From positions 1 through 56,103 of the IMG/VR virus record IMGVR_UViG_3300033076_000684: a DNA stretch of 56,103 bases; one strand, 5' to 3'. How positions within the stretch are numbered: position 1 is the first letter of the stretch; each line of letters opens with the position of its first letter. The notes beneath the pieces are model-generated. The model was not told the origin of the DNA and did not search any database. It worked only from the letters and a program-made list of their open reading frames with translations. Source of the DNA: a virus (Duplodnaviria; Caudoviricetes). This document shows, one piece after another, positions 1 to 8,914 of this stretch. Made by a program: the position numbers and the translations under genes.

Positions 1-1700
1 ATCTTAATTAGACCAATACGCTCTGCTTCTTCCATGTCTACCGCCACAACTGGGATACGCTCCTTGTTGCCTGGAGATGTACGTGTCTCCAATGGTGCAA
101 ACTTAAAGATAGGTTGCTTAGATGTAACAACACCTGCAGCGTGAATACCAGTACCACGAATTCGACCACGAAGAAGTTCTCCGTATGTTTCAATCTCAGG
201 GTACTTCTCACGGAACCACGCTGACTGCTTTGACGTACAATAGTCATCCCAGTCATCAACAACCTTTAGTACCTTGTTAACATCTGCCAATGGCACATTC
301 AGTGTGCGTGCAATGTCACGAACCATTCCCTTTCCACGGAACTGTAAGAATGTTGCAATAGAAGCAACATGCTTATACTGACGAACCAGATAATCCTTTA
401 CCTCTTCACGGCGTGAATCCTGAATGTCTGTATCAATATCTGGGAAGTCATTACGCTCAGGATTGATAAATCGGAAGAACAGCAATCCATGAACAATAGG
501 ATCAATATCAGTAATTCCTAGTGCATAGCAAAGCAAAGAACCTGCAGCAGAACCACGACCTGGCCCCACCATAATACCCTCCTTCTTAGCCCATGCAATC
601 ATAGAGCGTACCACAAGGAAGTATGGTCCAAAATTCTTAGCCTCAATTACTTCTAGCTCTTCATCAAGTCGTGCAAGATATTCTTCAGTTTCAATTCCAC
701 GCTCCTTGAGTCCTGCTAGAGCAAGTTCACGAAGTTCTTTATTAGGATTTTGATACTGTACTGGAAGCAAGTCTTGGTGGTCTTTAATCTTGTAGTCCTC
801 AACCTTGTCAACAATTTCACGAGTTGCCTCATACATATCTTCACGGTCGATGCCCTGTGCCTTCATAGCATTGTGCATTTCCTCATCAGATAGCAAGTGA
901 ATCTCAAACTTATTAAATGACATCTGACGATCAGCACCATATAGATAATCCAAGCGGTCCATAAGGTTGTCATACTTCTTAGAGCCTTCGTATGTTGCAC
1001 CCTTTTCAACCTTGTTTGAATATGAGTTTAGGATTAGTTTAAGTTCCTGAATCTCTTTCTGTGATGGATCAGAGTGGTGGCAGTCTGGAGTTACAACTGG
1101 CTTTACACCAAATTCATCTGCCAAATCTAGCAGTGCCTTATTTATTTCTGGTGGATTATGTGGCATTACCTCAATGTAATAGTCATCCCCAAATATTGTC
1201 TTGCACTTCTGAATGTGTTCCTTTGCATATGCAAACTCATTTGCCTCAATTGCTTTTGCAAGCACACCAGAAAGACATCCAGATGTGATAATTAGTCCAT
1301 CCTTGTATTCTTCAAGAACATCCCAGTCAATGCGTGGCTTCTTGTAGAAGCCTTCAGTCCAAGCAATTTCATTTAGCTTATTGAGATTCTGTAGACCCTT
1401 GGCATTCTTTGCAATAATAATCAAGTGATTGTAGTTAAGGTCTAGTGGGTCATTATTAGACTTCTTGTCTTCGTGGTGAAAACGATCTTTTGTAATATAT
1501 CCTTCAATACCAAGGATTGGCTTAATTCCTGCTTCTTTAGCAGCACGATACATTTCACGATGACCAGATAGAGATCCATGGTCAGTGATTGCAATTGCTG
1601 GCATTCCCAGCTCTACGGCACGGTCCACATATTCCTGTGGTGTTGCGATTCCGTCAAATAGCGAGTAGTGTGTGTGGACGTGTAGACCAGCGTAACTCAT
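1..1700 (-). CDS. dnaE: DNA polymerase III alpha subunit (5' part; runs off the left edge)
   Basis: Not in the ORF track. Translation from ATG 1700 gives MSYAGLHVHTHYSLFDG, AITDHG (PHP domain), GPGRGSAAGS, LLFFRFINPERNDFPDIDTD, GIHAAGVV and GLIK, all DnaE motifs. Confidence 0.97.
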   Translation of the reverse strand, partial: MSYAGLHVHTHYSLFDGIATPQEYVDRAVELGMPAIAITDHGSLSGHREMYRAAKEAGIKPILGIEGYITKDRFHHEDKKSNNDPLDLNYNHLIIIAKNAKGLQNLNKLNEIAWTEGFYKKPRIDWDVLEEYKDGLIITSGCLSGVLAKAIEANEFAYAKEHIQKCKTIFGDDYYIEVMPHNPPEINKALLDLADEFGVKPVVTPDCHHSDPSQKEIQELKLILNSYSNKVEKGATYEGSKKYDNLMDRLDYLYGADRQMSFNKFEIHLLSDEEMHNAMKAQGIDREDMYEATREIVDKVEDYKIKDHQDLLPVQYQNPNKELRELALAGLKERGIETEEYLARLDEELEVIEAKNFGPYFLVVRSMIAWAKKEGIMVGPGRGSAAGSLLCYALGITDIDPIVHGLLFFRFINPERNDFPDIDTDIQDSRREEVKDYLVRQYKHVASIATFLQFRGKGMVRDIARTLNVPLADVNKVLKVVDDWDDYCTSKQSAWFREKYPEIETYGELLRGRIRGTGIHAAGVVTSKQPIFKFAPLETRTSPGNKERIPVVAVDMEEAERIGLIK

Positions 1701-1724
1701 TTATATCCTTTGTTTATTATATTA

Positions 1725-1753
1725 ATTATTGCATTATAAAAATTATTTGTCAA
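1725..1753 (-). promoter_or_regulatory. sigma70-type promoter for dnaE
   Basis: TTGACA-17 nt-AATAAT with TG extension on the minus strand. Confidence 0.55.
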
Positions 1754-1761
1754 GAGGTAAG

Positions 1762-1791
1762 ATGAAATGGGGGCAACCGAAGTTACCCCCA
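1762..1791 (-). terminator. Intrinsic terminator after the SSB gene
   Basis: TGGGGGTAAC-TTCG-GTTGCCCCCA hairpin (C-UUCG-G loop) followed by TTTCATCTT. Confidence 0.8.
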
Positions 1792-1803
1792 AATCAAACT
1801 TAA

Positions 1804-2457
1804 TTACCAATCAATGTTGGTTGATGTTACAGATGGAGTGTCAAAGCCAAAGTAGAATGCTTCTTGCTCTGGGTAAGGAACTTCACGAACTACCTTTTCA
1901 AGGTTGTGGAATTCATAATCTCCCCAAGTAAATGGCTCTGAGTCTGGACCAGTAGGAATTAGAGTGTAGTTAGTCTCGGTTCCCTGACCATTACGCTTTA
2001 GCTTCCAAACTAGGTTTGAAATGCTTCCAGTCTCAAGTGCATACTCACGAATAGTGTTGAATGCAGACTGCTTTGTGACACCCTGTGACCAGACAGCGAT
2101 GTATGGTGCCTCAAGGCCATCGTCAACTAGAACGTTGCAGTAGAAGCGAAGCTTAGAACGCCATCCTGCCTTTGGCTCCTTGCGTGCCATCTCACATGCA
2201 AAGCAGCGACCTTCAGTTTCCATAGTACAAGCAGCCATACGCTTGTAGTCCTTTGGATTGGTGTGCTGTGCAATAACTACAGAAAGACCACGGTCTTCTG
2301 AATAGTGTGCTGAATCCTGATCAAGCTCCTCAACGAAGCGAATCTTTGCAGCCTGTCCGTCAGCTAGCTTTACCCAACGAACCTTTGCTCCTGTGCTTTC
2401 ATACTTTGGCTTATCAAGGATTGCATTAATATCCTTTAGCCCTTTAATTACACCCAT
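1804..2457 (-). CDS. Single-stranded DNA-binding protein (phage gp32-like)
   Basis: Cys/His cluster (H...C...CFAC), OB-fold-like KRNGQGTETNYTL, acidic/aromatic C-terminus, located between primase and polymerase. Confidence 0.75.
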   Translation of the reverse strand: MGVIKGLKDINAILDKPKYESTGAKVRWVKLADGQAAKIRFVEELDQDSAHYSEDRGLSVVIAQHTNPKDYKRMAACTMETEGRCFACEMARKEPKAGWRSKLRFYCNVLVDDGLEAPYIAVWSQGVTKQSAFNTIREYALETGSISNLVWKLKRNGQGTETNYTLIPTGPDSEPFTWGDYEFHNLEKVVREVPYPEQEAFYFGFDTPSVTSTNIDW

Positions 2458-2486
2458 GGTGTTCTCCTTATTTGTTGTTTGTTATA

Positions 2487-3404
2487 TTATTGTAGCATGG
2501 CCATTATTGATTTGTCAAATGACATATCTAGCCTTTTTATATCTTCGTCCTGCATGTCACCAATATCCTTGTAAGCAGAATCTAGCTTAACAGTTGTAAC
2601 CATTGGTCCAAGACTTTTAATAATCTTGTCTCTCATGTTACTTCCTGCCTCATCATTATCTGCGATAACAAAAATAGAGTTGAAATATTTACGAAGAAGC
2701 TCTATTTGTTTTGTAGAGACCATAGCCCCTAATGTTGCAACTGCTGGAATCCCAACCTGATCTAACCTAATAGCATCGAAAGACGATTCTACCACATAAA
2801 CCCTGCTAGATGTCTTTACTCTATGTAAATTAAACAGTACTTTAGACTTTGGTAATCCAGGAGTATTTTTAAAGTCTTTGCCCTCAATAGATCGTCCAAC
2901 AAAGCCAACCTCCATTCCGTCTGGTGCAGAAACTGGAATTGTTACCATATCCTGTTTTTCAGAAAAACCAAGCTGAAACTTTTTTACAGATGCTTCAGTG
3001 ATTAGCCTACCAGAATAATACCTCATTGCTCTTGGAGAATCAAGTGCTTGTTGATTAAGTCTCTTGATTAGAAGTTGGTCATACTGAGTATATTCTGGAA
3101 CAGTGATAAGCTTTTTCTCAATGTCTCCGATAATTGATGACAAGCCTTCTTTTGATTTTATATACCTAGCTGCTTCAAAATAGCTTCTTGCAGTTGTATG
3201 CATAACAACCTCAACCAAATCGGCTACGTGGTGACAAGAGAAGCAAAAAAACTTTCCAGTATTTTTATCTACTTCTCCAGCTGGAGTTCTATTGTTTGCG
3301 TGAAATGGACAAAAAACAATATAGTCAGAGTCAATCTCTTTCTCAATAGTAAGTCCTGCACCGATGAGAACCTTTTTAATTTGATCAGAAGTATAGTTAG
3401 CCAT
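2487..3404 (-). CDS. dnaG: DNA primase (CHC2 zinc finger + TOPRIM)
   Basis: CPFH...CFSC zinc finger, VGFVGRSI, VVESSFDA, IADNDEAG, KDIGD. Confidence 0.93.
   Translation of the reverse strand: MANYTSDQIKKVLIGAGLTIEKEIDSDYIVFCPFHANNRTPAGEVDKNTGKFFCFSCHHVADLVEVVMHTTARSYFEAARYIKSKEGLSSIIGDIEKKLITVPEYTQYDQLLIKRLNQQALDSPRAMRYYSGRLITEASVKKFQLGFSEKQDMVTIPVSAPDGMEVGFVGRSIEGKDFKNTPGLPKSKVLFNLHRVKTSSRVYVVESSFDAIRLDQVGIPAVATLGAMVSTKQIELLRKYFNSIFVIADNDEAGSNMRDKIIKSLGPMVTTVKLDSAYKDIGDMQDEDIKRLDMSFDKSIMAMLQ
2489..2518 (-). promoter_or_regulatory. sigma70-type promoter for the SSB gene (inside primase 3' end)
   Basis: TTGACA-18 nt-TACAAT with TG extension. Confidence 0.65.
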
Positions 3405-4624
3405 TACTTATCCTCAAAATCCTTGTACTTGTAGTATCCCTTATCAAAGTCTGCCTGAACCAAGAACTCACCCATAAAACCGTTTCTGTTCTTGCGGAAG
3501 ACACATTCAATGATATCAGAATTTGTTCCACGACCAAGAGCAAGAACCCAGTCAGCATCGTATGCAATCTGACGAGACCATGCAGTCTGACCAAGAGTTG
3601 GAACAGTATCAAGCTTTGTAACATCATCAGGTGTAGCAGATGAGATAGCAATGATTGGCACCTCTTCACTAATAGCCATAAGTTTTAGTTCACGAGAAAG
3701 GTTCTTCATTCGTACCGTCTCATTATCAGACTTTTGGTTAGGACTCATCAGCTGAAGGTAGTCAACTACAACGAAGTCTGGCTTGTATTGGTCAATCTTT
3801 CCACGCAATACTGATGGTGTAACCTCTCCACCCGAATCATTAGAGATGATGTGAAACTCTGGCTTTCCCTGAAGTGCCTTCTTGTGCCACATCTTAAGGT
3901 CATCTATCTCAATTTGACCTGCAGCAAGTTTTCTGTGTGACCATAGACCTTCTCCCATAATTGCAAATACACGGTTACGGACTTCTGTCTCACTCATTTC
4001 AAGAGATACAATCATTGGAGACTTACCTTGTTTCCATGCCTGTACAGCAAAGTATAGCGATAGCCATGACTTACCAATACCTGGATATGCAAGCATAACA
4101 CCAAGTTGGCCTGGCATAATTCCTGCTGGCAAGTAGTTGTCAAATCCTGGAAGTCCAGTCTTAATTCCAGCAGTTCCAAGCTCTGCTTGCTTCTTTACAT
4201 TTTCATAATACGCAATTGCAGAATCTAGATCTGTTGCATCAATATCACGAATTGCAGCGGTATTCTTACGCAGCTCAGATGTTTTTGAGATTAGTGCTTC
4301 AAGTGCCTCAATCCCCTTGTCTGCCTGCACATCGGCAGCAGCAGAGCGAATGATGTCCTTTAGACTGTCATTCATGTACTCTGCCTGAAGCTCTTCAAGG
4401 TGGTGCTTGGTTGCACCTACACTAGACTCTGGCTGAAAGTCACGAAACTTCTCTACAACGAGAGATACTGGTGGAACTGATGCGTTCTGCTCAAAATATA
4501 GACGGATAAAGTTCCAAATATCTTTATGGGTCTTAAGAATGTTTTCGACATTTGCCTGTAGCAAAACATGCATTTGCTTATCTTGCAGTACAGCAGAGAT
4601 TAGTTTAGATTCTGAATTACTCAC
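3404..4624 (-). CDS. dnaB: Replicative DnaB-like helicase
   Basis: Walker A AYPGIGKS, SLEMS, VVVDYLQLM, SRELKLMA, IAYDAD, KNRNG. Confidence 0.95.
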   Translation of the reverse strand: MSNSESKLISAVLQDKQMHVLLQANVENILKTHKDIWNFIRLYFEQNASVPPVSLVVEKFRDFQPESSVGATKHHLEELQAEYMNDSLKDIIRSAAADVQADKGIEALEALISKTSELRKNTAAIRDIDATDLDSAIAYYENVKKQAELGTAGIKTGLPGFDNYLPAGIMPGQLGVMLAYPGIGKSWLSLYFAVQAWKQGKSPMIVSLEMSETEVRNRVFAIMGEGLWSHRKLAAGQIEIDDLKMWHKKALQGKPEFHIISNDSGGEVTPSVLRGKIDQYKPDFVVVDYLQLMSPNQKSDNETVRMKNLSRELKLMAISEEVPIIAISSATPDDVTKLDTVPTLGQTAWSRQIAYDADWVLALGRGTNSDIIECVFRKNRNGFMGEFLVQADFDKGYYKYKDFEDK

Positions 4625-4925
4625 TTAGCCACCTCTTTGCCATTTGTCTTCTTATTTCCCTTTCTTTGATATCTTCTTCTATTTGTGCCTTTTTGTCAAT
4701 TATGTCTTGTGCATAGTTTGCGAAATACTTCCAGCTTGGATTTTGTGCAACATCAAAATAGTGTGCAAGTAAATCGTAGCACTCTGATATGCCATATGAC
4801 TCAATTAGAGCATCTGCAGCCCATTGCTCAACATTGATGTTGATCTGTGGCTTCTGTTCATATTTCTGAGTGTAGAGCTTTGAGTAGCGACTAAGCAAAG
4901 CCATACGGTCTTTGCGTTCTGCCAT
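4617..4925 (-). CDS. Hypothetical protein of the replication operon
   Basis: 102-aa ORF overlapping the helicase start. Confidence 0.7.
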   Translation of the reverse strand: MAERKDRMALLSRYSKLYTQKYEQKPQININVEQWAADALIESYGISECYDLLAHYFDVAQNPSWKYFANYAQDIIDKKAQIEEDIKEREIRRQMAKRWLSE

Positions 4926-5128
4926 TATTCTACTTCTGACTTAGCTTCTGTGATTTTTTCAGCAAGCTTGTTCTCTACGAAAGAGTAGACACGATCAAAT
5001 GCCTCATTAATGCTTTCACTCTCACGCTTGTTATCAATAACATTAAGGTCAATTCTCAATGACTGAAAGTTACCTAGATTAAGGGTGTAACCAAGAGTTA
5101 CACCAACTTTAGTGTTGTCGTTTTCCAT
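4925..5128 (-). CDS. Hypothetical protein (YTLNLGNFQSLRID-type small phage protein)
   Basis: Start moved to ATG 5128 behind AAGGAA SD; TAATG coupling to the next gene. Confidence 0.7.
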   Translation of the reverse strand: MENDNTKVGVTLGYTLNLGNFQSLRIDLNVIDNKRESESINEAFDRVYSFVENKLAEKITEAKSEVE

Positions 5129-5141
5129 ACCCGTTTCCTTA

Positions 5142-5693
5142 CTATATAGACTCAGACCATATTGGAATGAATCTGCCATCTTCTGTTTTTGTATATGTTA
5201 GTATACCATCTCCCATACGCCTTGTCAACTCTTGGCGTGTTGGAGTAATATTGTTTGTTATTAACTTGTCTTTTCTTGGACCACCGATGTGGTATGAAGC
5301 CAGTATATCACGAAGTTCAAAAACTTGCGACTCCGAATAGTATGACCTTACCTGCCATCCCGTTTTTCCGCCCTTCTGTGACCCCATGGCAGGAGGAACG
5401 ATCTTTCTCCTGACCAATGATGGCATGTACTTCTTATGACGATTAACTAAACTAGCAGTCTCGCCAACAGTAAAGGCTCTTTCTCTATTTTTCTTGAAAT
5501 CACTAATTAAACAGCTTTCTATTCTATCTTGAGTAATATTATAAACAGACATTATGCCATTTGATCTATTAAGATGGTGTACCCTAACTAGGTCACCATT
5601 TAAGAAATATACCTTTTTGCTACCAGGGATTACTGGTGCATTGTTATATTCTTCACGAGACATTGCCCCAAGGCGATGTGGCTTCTTTTCCAT
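5142..5693 (-). CDS. Putative MerR-like HTH DNA-binding protein
   Basis: FTVGETASLVNRHKKYM...RSYYSESQVFEL resembles a MerR/excisionase winged HTH; start 5693 behind AAGGA. Confidence 0.55.
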   Translation of the reverse strand: MEKKPHRLGAMSREEYNNAPVIPGSKKVYFLNGDLVRVHHLNRSNGIMSVYNITQDRIESCLISDFKKNRERAFTVGETASLVNRHKKYMPSLVRRKIVPPAMGSQKGGKTGWQVRSYYSESQVFELRDILASYHIGGPRKDKLITNNITPTRQELTRRMGDGILTYTKTEDGRFIPIWSESI

Positions 5694-5700
5694 TTTATCC

Positions 5701-6147
5701 TTAATTAGGAATGCCAACAAGAATTATATTAAGACCTACCGACAAGCTGCCTGAGCTAGCAAATGTGGCAGTTCCAGTAACAATGTTTTGTCCAACAGAC
5801 TTGATCATTACTGTTACGCCAGAACCAGCGTCAGCACCTGCAATTGCAATTGGTGTTGCTGTAACTACTGGAGGATACTTAAAAAATACTGGGAATGGGT
5901 ATTCCCAAGATACTGGTGTTCCTGCTGTAACGTTTCCACGAGAAATTTCTGTATATCCACCAACAAAACATGCCTCTGATGTCTTTACAGTCTGCACTCC
6001 TGCTGATGGTGTTTGAATACTTGTCAGCTTTGCTGTTGGTGATGAAGATATGCTTGATGCAACCTTATTGATTCCATCAGCTAATTCTAGCAGGTACGTA
6101 GCATCAATTGGCTGACCTGCACTTGGTGTTCTAACTATGTTTGCCAT
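5701..6147 (-). CDS. Putative minor tail/virion protein
   Basis: Beta-rich C-terminus (FKYPPVVTATP); last gene of the tail-tip cluster. Confidence 0.5.
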   Translation of the reverse strand: MANIVRTPSAGQPIDATYLLELADGINKVASSISSSPTAKLTSIQTPSAGVQTVKTSEACFVGGYTEISRGNVTAGTPVSWEYPFPVFFKYPPVVTATPIAIAGADAGSGVTVMIKSVGQNIVTGTATFASSGSLSVGLNIILVGIPN

Positions 6148-6171
6148 TTTTTCTCCTATACTAGTATACCA

Positions 6172-6600
6172 TTACCAGCTATAATTTCCTTCAAATACCT
6201 TAAGTAAGTTTGGTGTAGATACCCTTTTTTGAACCGAAGCTGCCTGGACTAATACGTATATAGCACTTTTTCCAGACGGCAATATTAGTGAATAATTAGA
6301 TGATTGAGATTGTCCATGATAAACATAAGAATCTGTATTACTATACTTAATAAAAATTTGATATAAAGGAAGGTTATTTGTATTTTCCCAAATAATATCA
6401 ATGGACTCACTAGAACCAATTTGGTTATGTCTAATAACACCATTTACAACAACTACTGGTTTGGCAGGTATTGCATAAAAGTGAGACCAGTCTGATGCCT
6501 TAATTTTGTCTTCTACAATACGATATCTAACTATATATTTATTTTCAAAATTAACCAATGGCAATTGACTCTTGTCTATTTTATTTTTTTTATTTGCCAT
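6172..6600 (-). CDS. Hypothetical tail-tip protein (Ig/FN3-like)
   Basis: Coupled ORF in the tail operon with a beta-strand pattern. Confidence 0.5.
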   Translation of the reverse strand: MANKKNKIDKSQLPLVNFENKYIVRYRIVEDKIKASDWSHFYAIPAKPVVVVNGVIRHNQIGSSESIDIIWENTNNLPLYQIFIKYSNTDSYVYHGQSQSSNYSLILPSGKSAIYVLVQAASVQKRVSTPNLLKVFEGNYSW

Positions 6601-7970
6601 TATATATCAACGCCAAATCTAAACTCAATGTGGTTTGTGGTGTTTTCTAGTTTTTTAATTGTAGCTCCGCCAGAAGTTTTCACTACAGAGTATCCAGACA
6701 TTCCGTATAATGGGTTAATCGTTGATACATTTTCTAGTCTAAGTGCGTCAAGACAAACATAGAATAGATCACTAATAGATCCAGCAGAATCTTTTACTGA
6801 TGAGAAAATCTTAATACTTGTGACCTGATTCCATGAAAAACCAGATGTTGTAAAAAGCTCACTAATCTTTTTAGAAACAACAAAATATCTATTATTTGTA
6901 AATCCAGCCTGAATATCTGATAAGTGCACCTCAAACTTTGCAGATTCTGATGAAGCTGAGTCAGAAAGAGCAAACTCCATTATTAGGTTTACCTCTGATG
7001 GATTTTCTAGCTCTCCGCCTCGCTTATTAATTACTGAAAACGCTAATCTTAGTTCGTCAGATGGGGAATTCTTGTCAAAGTTTAGTCTTACATTATTTAG
7101 GTGTATGTGATCTCCAGATACATATTCAACCCTCTTGCTTGAAGAGTTGTATGACAGATTTGTCGTATTTCCACGAATAGCAATAATATTATTTAAATAT
7201 CTACATGTTTCATATCTGCGAATTCTAGACTCATTTGCAAATAATGTATTATCTGCATTAGTATGAATAACCTTACAGTCTTTTAGCACACCATTAACTA
7301 GATATGTACCCTCCAAAACGTTGGCAGAGTTTGTATCAAGTGGTGAATAGACAACTGGAATTGGCTCTATACTTGTTCCATGGTATTGCCAGTTTTCATT
7401 TTGTGAAAAAGAATAAATGGTTTTGCTGTCAAATGATCCTGCATCTGGATTTGATTGTGCAGAAAATACTCCAACCTCTGTAATCTCATATCTTTCTTCA
7501 GTTGGTAGTTCTGCTGTCAAAACAATATCTGTATAATAGGTTTTTGCAGTACCTCCAGAAGTATATGTACCTGTAATTGGGTTGGTCACTGAAAAACTTG
7601 TTGGTGAAGAATCAATGATAATAGCATCAGAAATGTTAAATTGTGATGGCGTTATTCCAGAAACGGTTACACGATCACCAGTTATAAAAGAATTTGTACT
7701 TGTGGCATATGTCACAACTCCATTAGATATTGAGGCATTAGTGATGGTAGCTGATCCAGATTCTTCTGTAACATATCCTCTTGAGGTAATTGGTACACGA
7801 AACATTTCAAAATCTAAATTTTGCTTAAGTCTTTGAGCTGCAATCTCTGCCTGAGTCGGAGATGAGGTATATGGCATTGGCCCACAGCCTACGGCAATAT
7901 GAGATGCGTATGATGGTGCTTGACCAATCATATACTTTGTTATTAGCTGTTGCCCTTTATTTGTAATCAT
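6600..7970 (-). CDS. Minor tail/baseplate protein
   Basis: MITNKG...IAVGCG...ITEVGVF N-terminal pattern of tail-collar/baseplate proteins, plus a GDRVTVSGITPSQFN insert domain. Confidence 0.65.
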   Translation of the reverse strand: MITNKGQQLITKYMIGQAPSYASHIAVGCGPMPYTSSPTQAEIAAQRLKQNLDFEMFRVPITSRGYVTEESGSATITNASISNGVVTYATSTNSFITGDRVTVSGITPSQFNISDAIIIDSSPTSFSVTNPITGTYTSGGTAKTYYTDIVLTAELPTEERYEITEVGVFSAQSNPDAGSFDSKTIYSFSQNENWQYHGTSIEPIPVVYSPLDTNSANVLEGTYLVNGVLKDCKVIHTNADNTLFANESRIRRYETCRYLNNIIAIRGNTTNLSYNSSSKRVEYVSGDHIHLNNVRLNFDKNSPSDELRLAFSVINKRGGELENPSEVNLIMEFALSDSASSESAKFEVHLSDIQAGFTNNRYFVVSKKISELFTTSGFSWNQVTSIKIFSSVKDSAGSISDLFYVCLDALRLENVSTINPLYGMSGYSVVKTSGGATIKKLENTTNHIEFRFGVDI

Positions 7971-7978
7971 TTTTTACC

Positions 7979-8914
7979 TCAATATATTATATCATTAGTG
8001 TCTGCTGCCTGGAACTCAATCTCTATCTGGTTTGAGTTTGTCAGGTTTTCCAGCTCAATGACTAGGTTACCATCTGAGTCAAGGTATACTGGATTATTAA
8101 ATCCTGAAGGGTCATCAGTTTTGTTTGGAACATACTGATATCTTTTTAATGGAAACTTGCTAAAAATGTGTTCTGATGTTTCTTGTAGGGATATAAGCTT
8201 AGCAGCTCCATAAATAGTCTCAATTTTATCAAGATTTGATATCTGATGGTATTTAATATCAATGCCGTTTACTAGGTCATGCCTTGCAAAATTCAAAAGC
8301 TCTGTCCCACCAATATCTTCAAAAAGAAGATCTGTCATCATTTCTACAGGGAATGCTTCCTCATTAAGCTGAATTAAATCTGGCGTAGCAGCTTTAGCAG
8401 TTGGTGGAGAATATGAAGATGTAGATGCTGGAGCTGATGGTGTAGCTGATACCCCATTACCTTCTCCTGAGCTATCTGCTGGAAGCTTTGTTTGTGGTTT
8501 TTGTGGCTGTACAGCTGGTTTTTTTGATTTTGTATTACTTACAGGGGTTTTTGGTGCAGCCTTTGTTCCTGATGATTTTGATGCTGTCGCAGGTTTTCCA
8601 CCAATATTTAAAATCTTTTTTTCTGCAGCAGTAAGTGTTTGGCCACCAGTCAGCTTTCTTAGTGCTGCTGCAGCGTCATTAGCTTTTGCCAACGAACTTG
8701 CAGCATTTGCTTTTCTTTCTGCAGCATCTGCTGAAACTGGAGATTTGGTTGGTTGTTTAGGTGCAACTGGACCAATAAAGTTTTTGTCCCCTGGTTTTGG
8801 TGCTGGTGCCTTAAGTGATTCTGGAACTCCTACTTTAATTGGGTTTAGTCCAAAATTTGGTAAAAGTGGTTTTGGATTCTTTCCGCCACCAGAATCTGCA
8901 GATGATTTTGCCAT
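7979..8914 (-). CDS. Minor tail protein with low-complexity Pro/Ala/Lys/Ser N-terminal region
   Basis: Disordered N-terminal ~170 aa and globular C-terminal domain; coupled to the upstream large tail gene. Confidence 0.55.
   Translation of the reverse strand: MAKSSADSGGGKNPKPLLPNFGLNPIKVGVPESLKAPAPKPGDKNFIGPVAPKQPTKSPVSADAAERKANAASSLAKANDAAAALRKLTGGQTLTAAEKKILNIGGKPATASKSSGTKAAPKTPVSNTKSKKPAVQPQKPQTKLPADSSGEGNGVSATPSAPASTSSYSPPTAKAATPDLIQLNEEAFPVEMMTDLLFEDIGGTELLNFARHDLVNGIDIKYHQISNLDKIETIYGAAKLISLQETSEHIFSKFPLKRYQYVPNKTDDPSGFNNPVYLDSDGNLVIELENLTNSNQIEIEFQAADTNDIIY

Noticed and set aside
1-4624. Inteins or introns in dnaE or dnaB
   Set aside because: Motif spacing and protein lengths look uninterrupted in the visible part; no Hint or LAGLIDADG signatures noticed.
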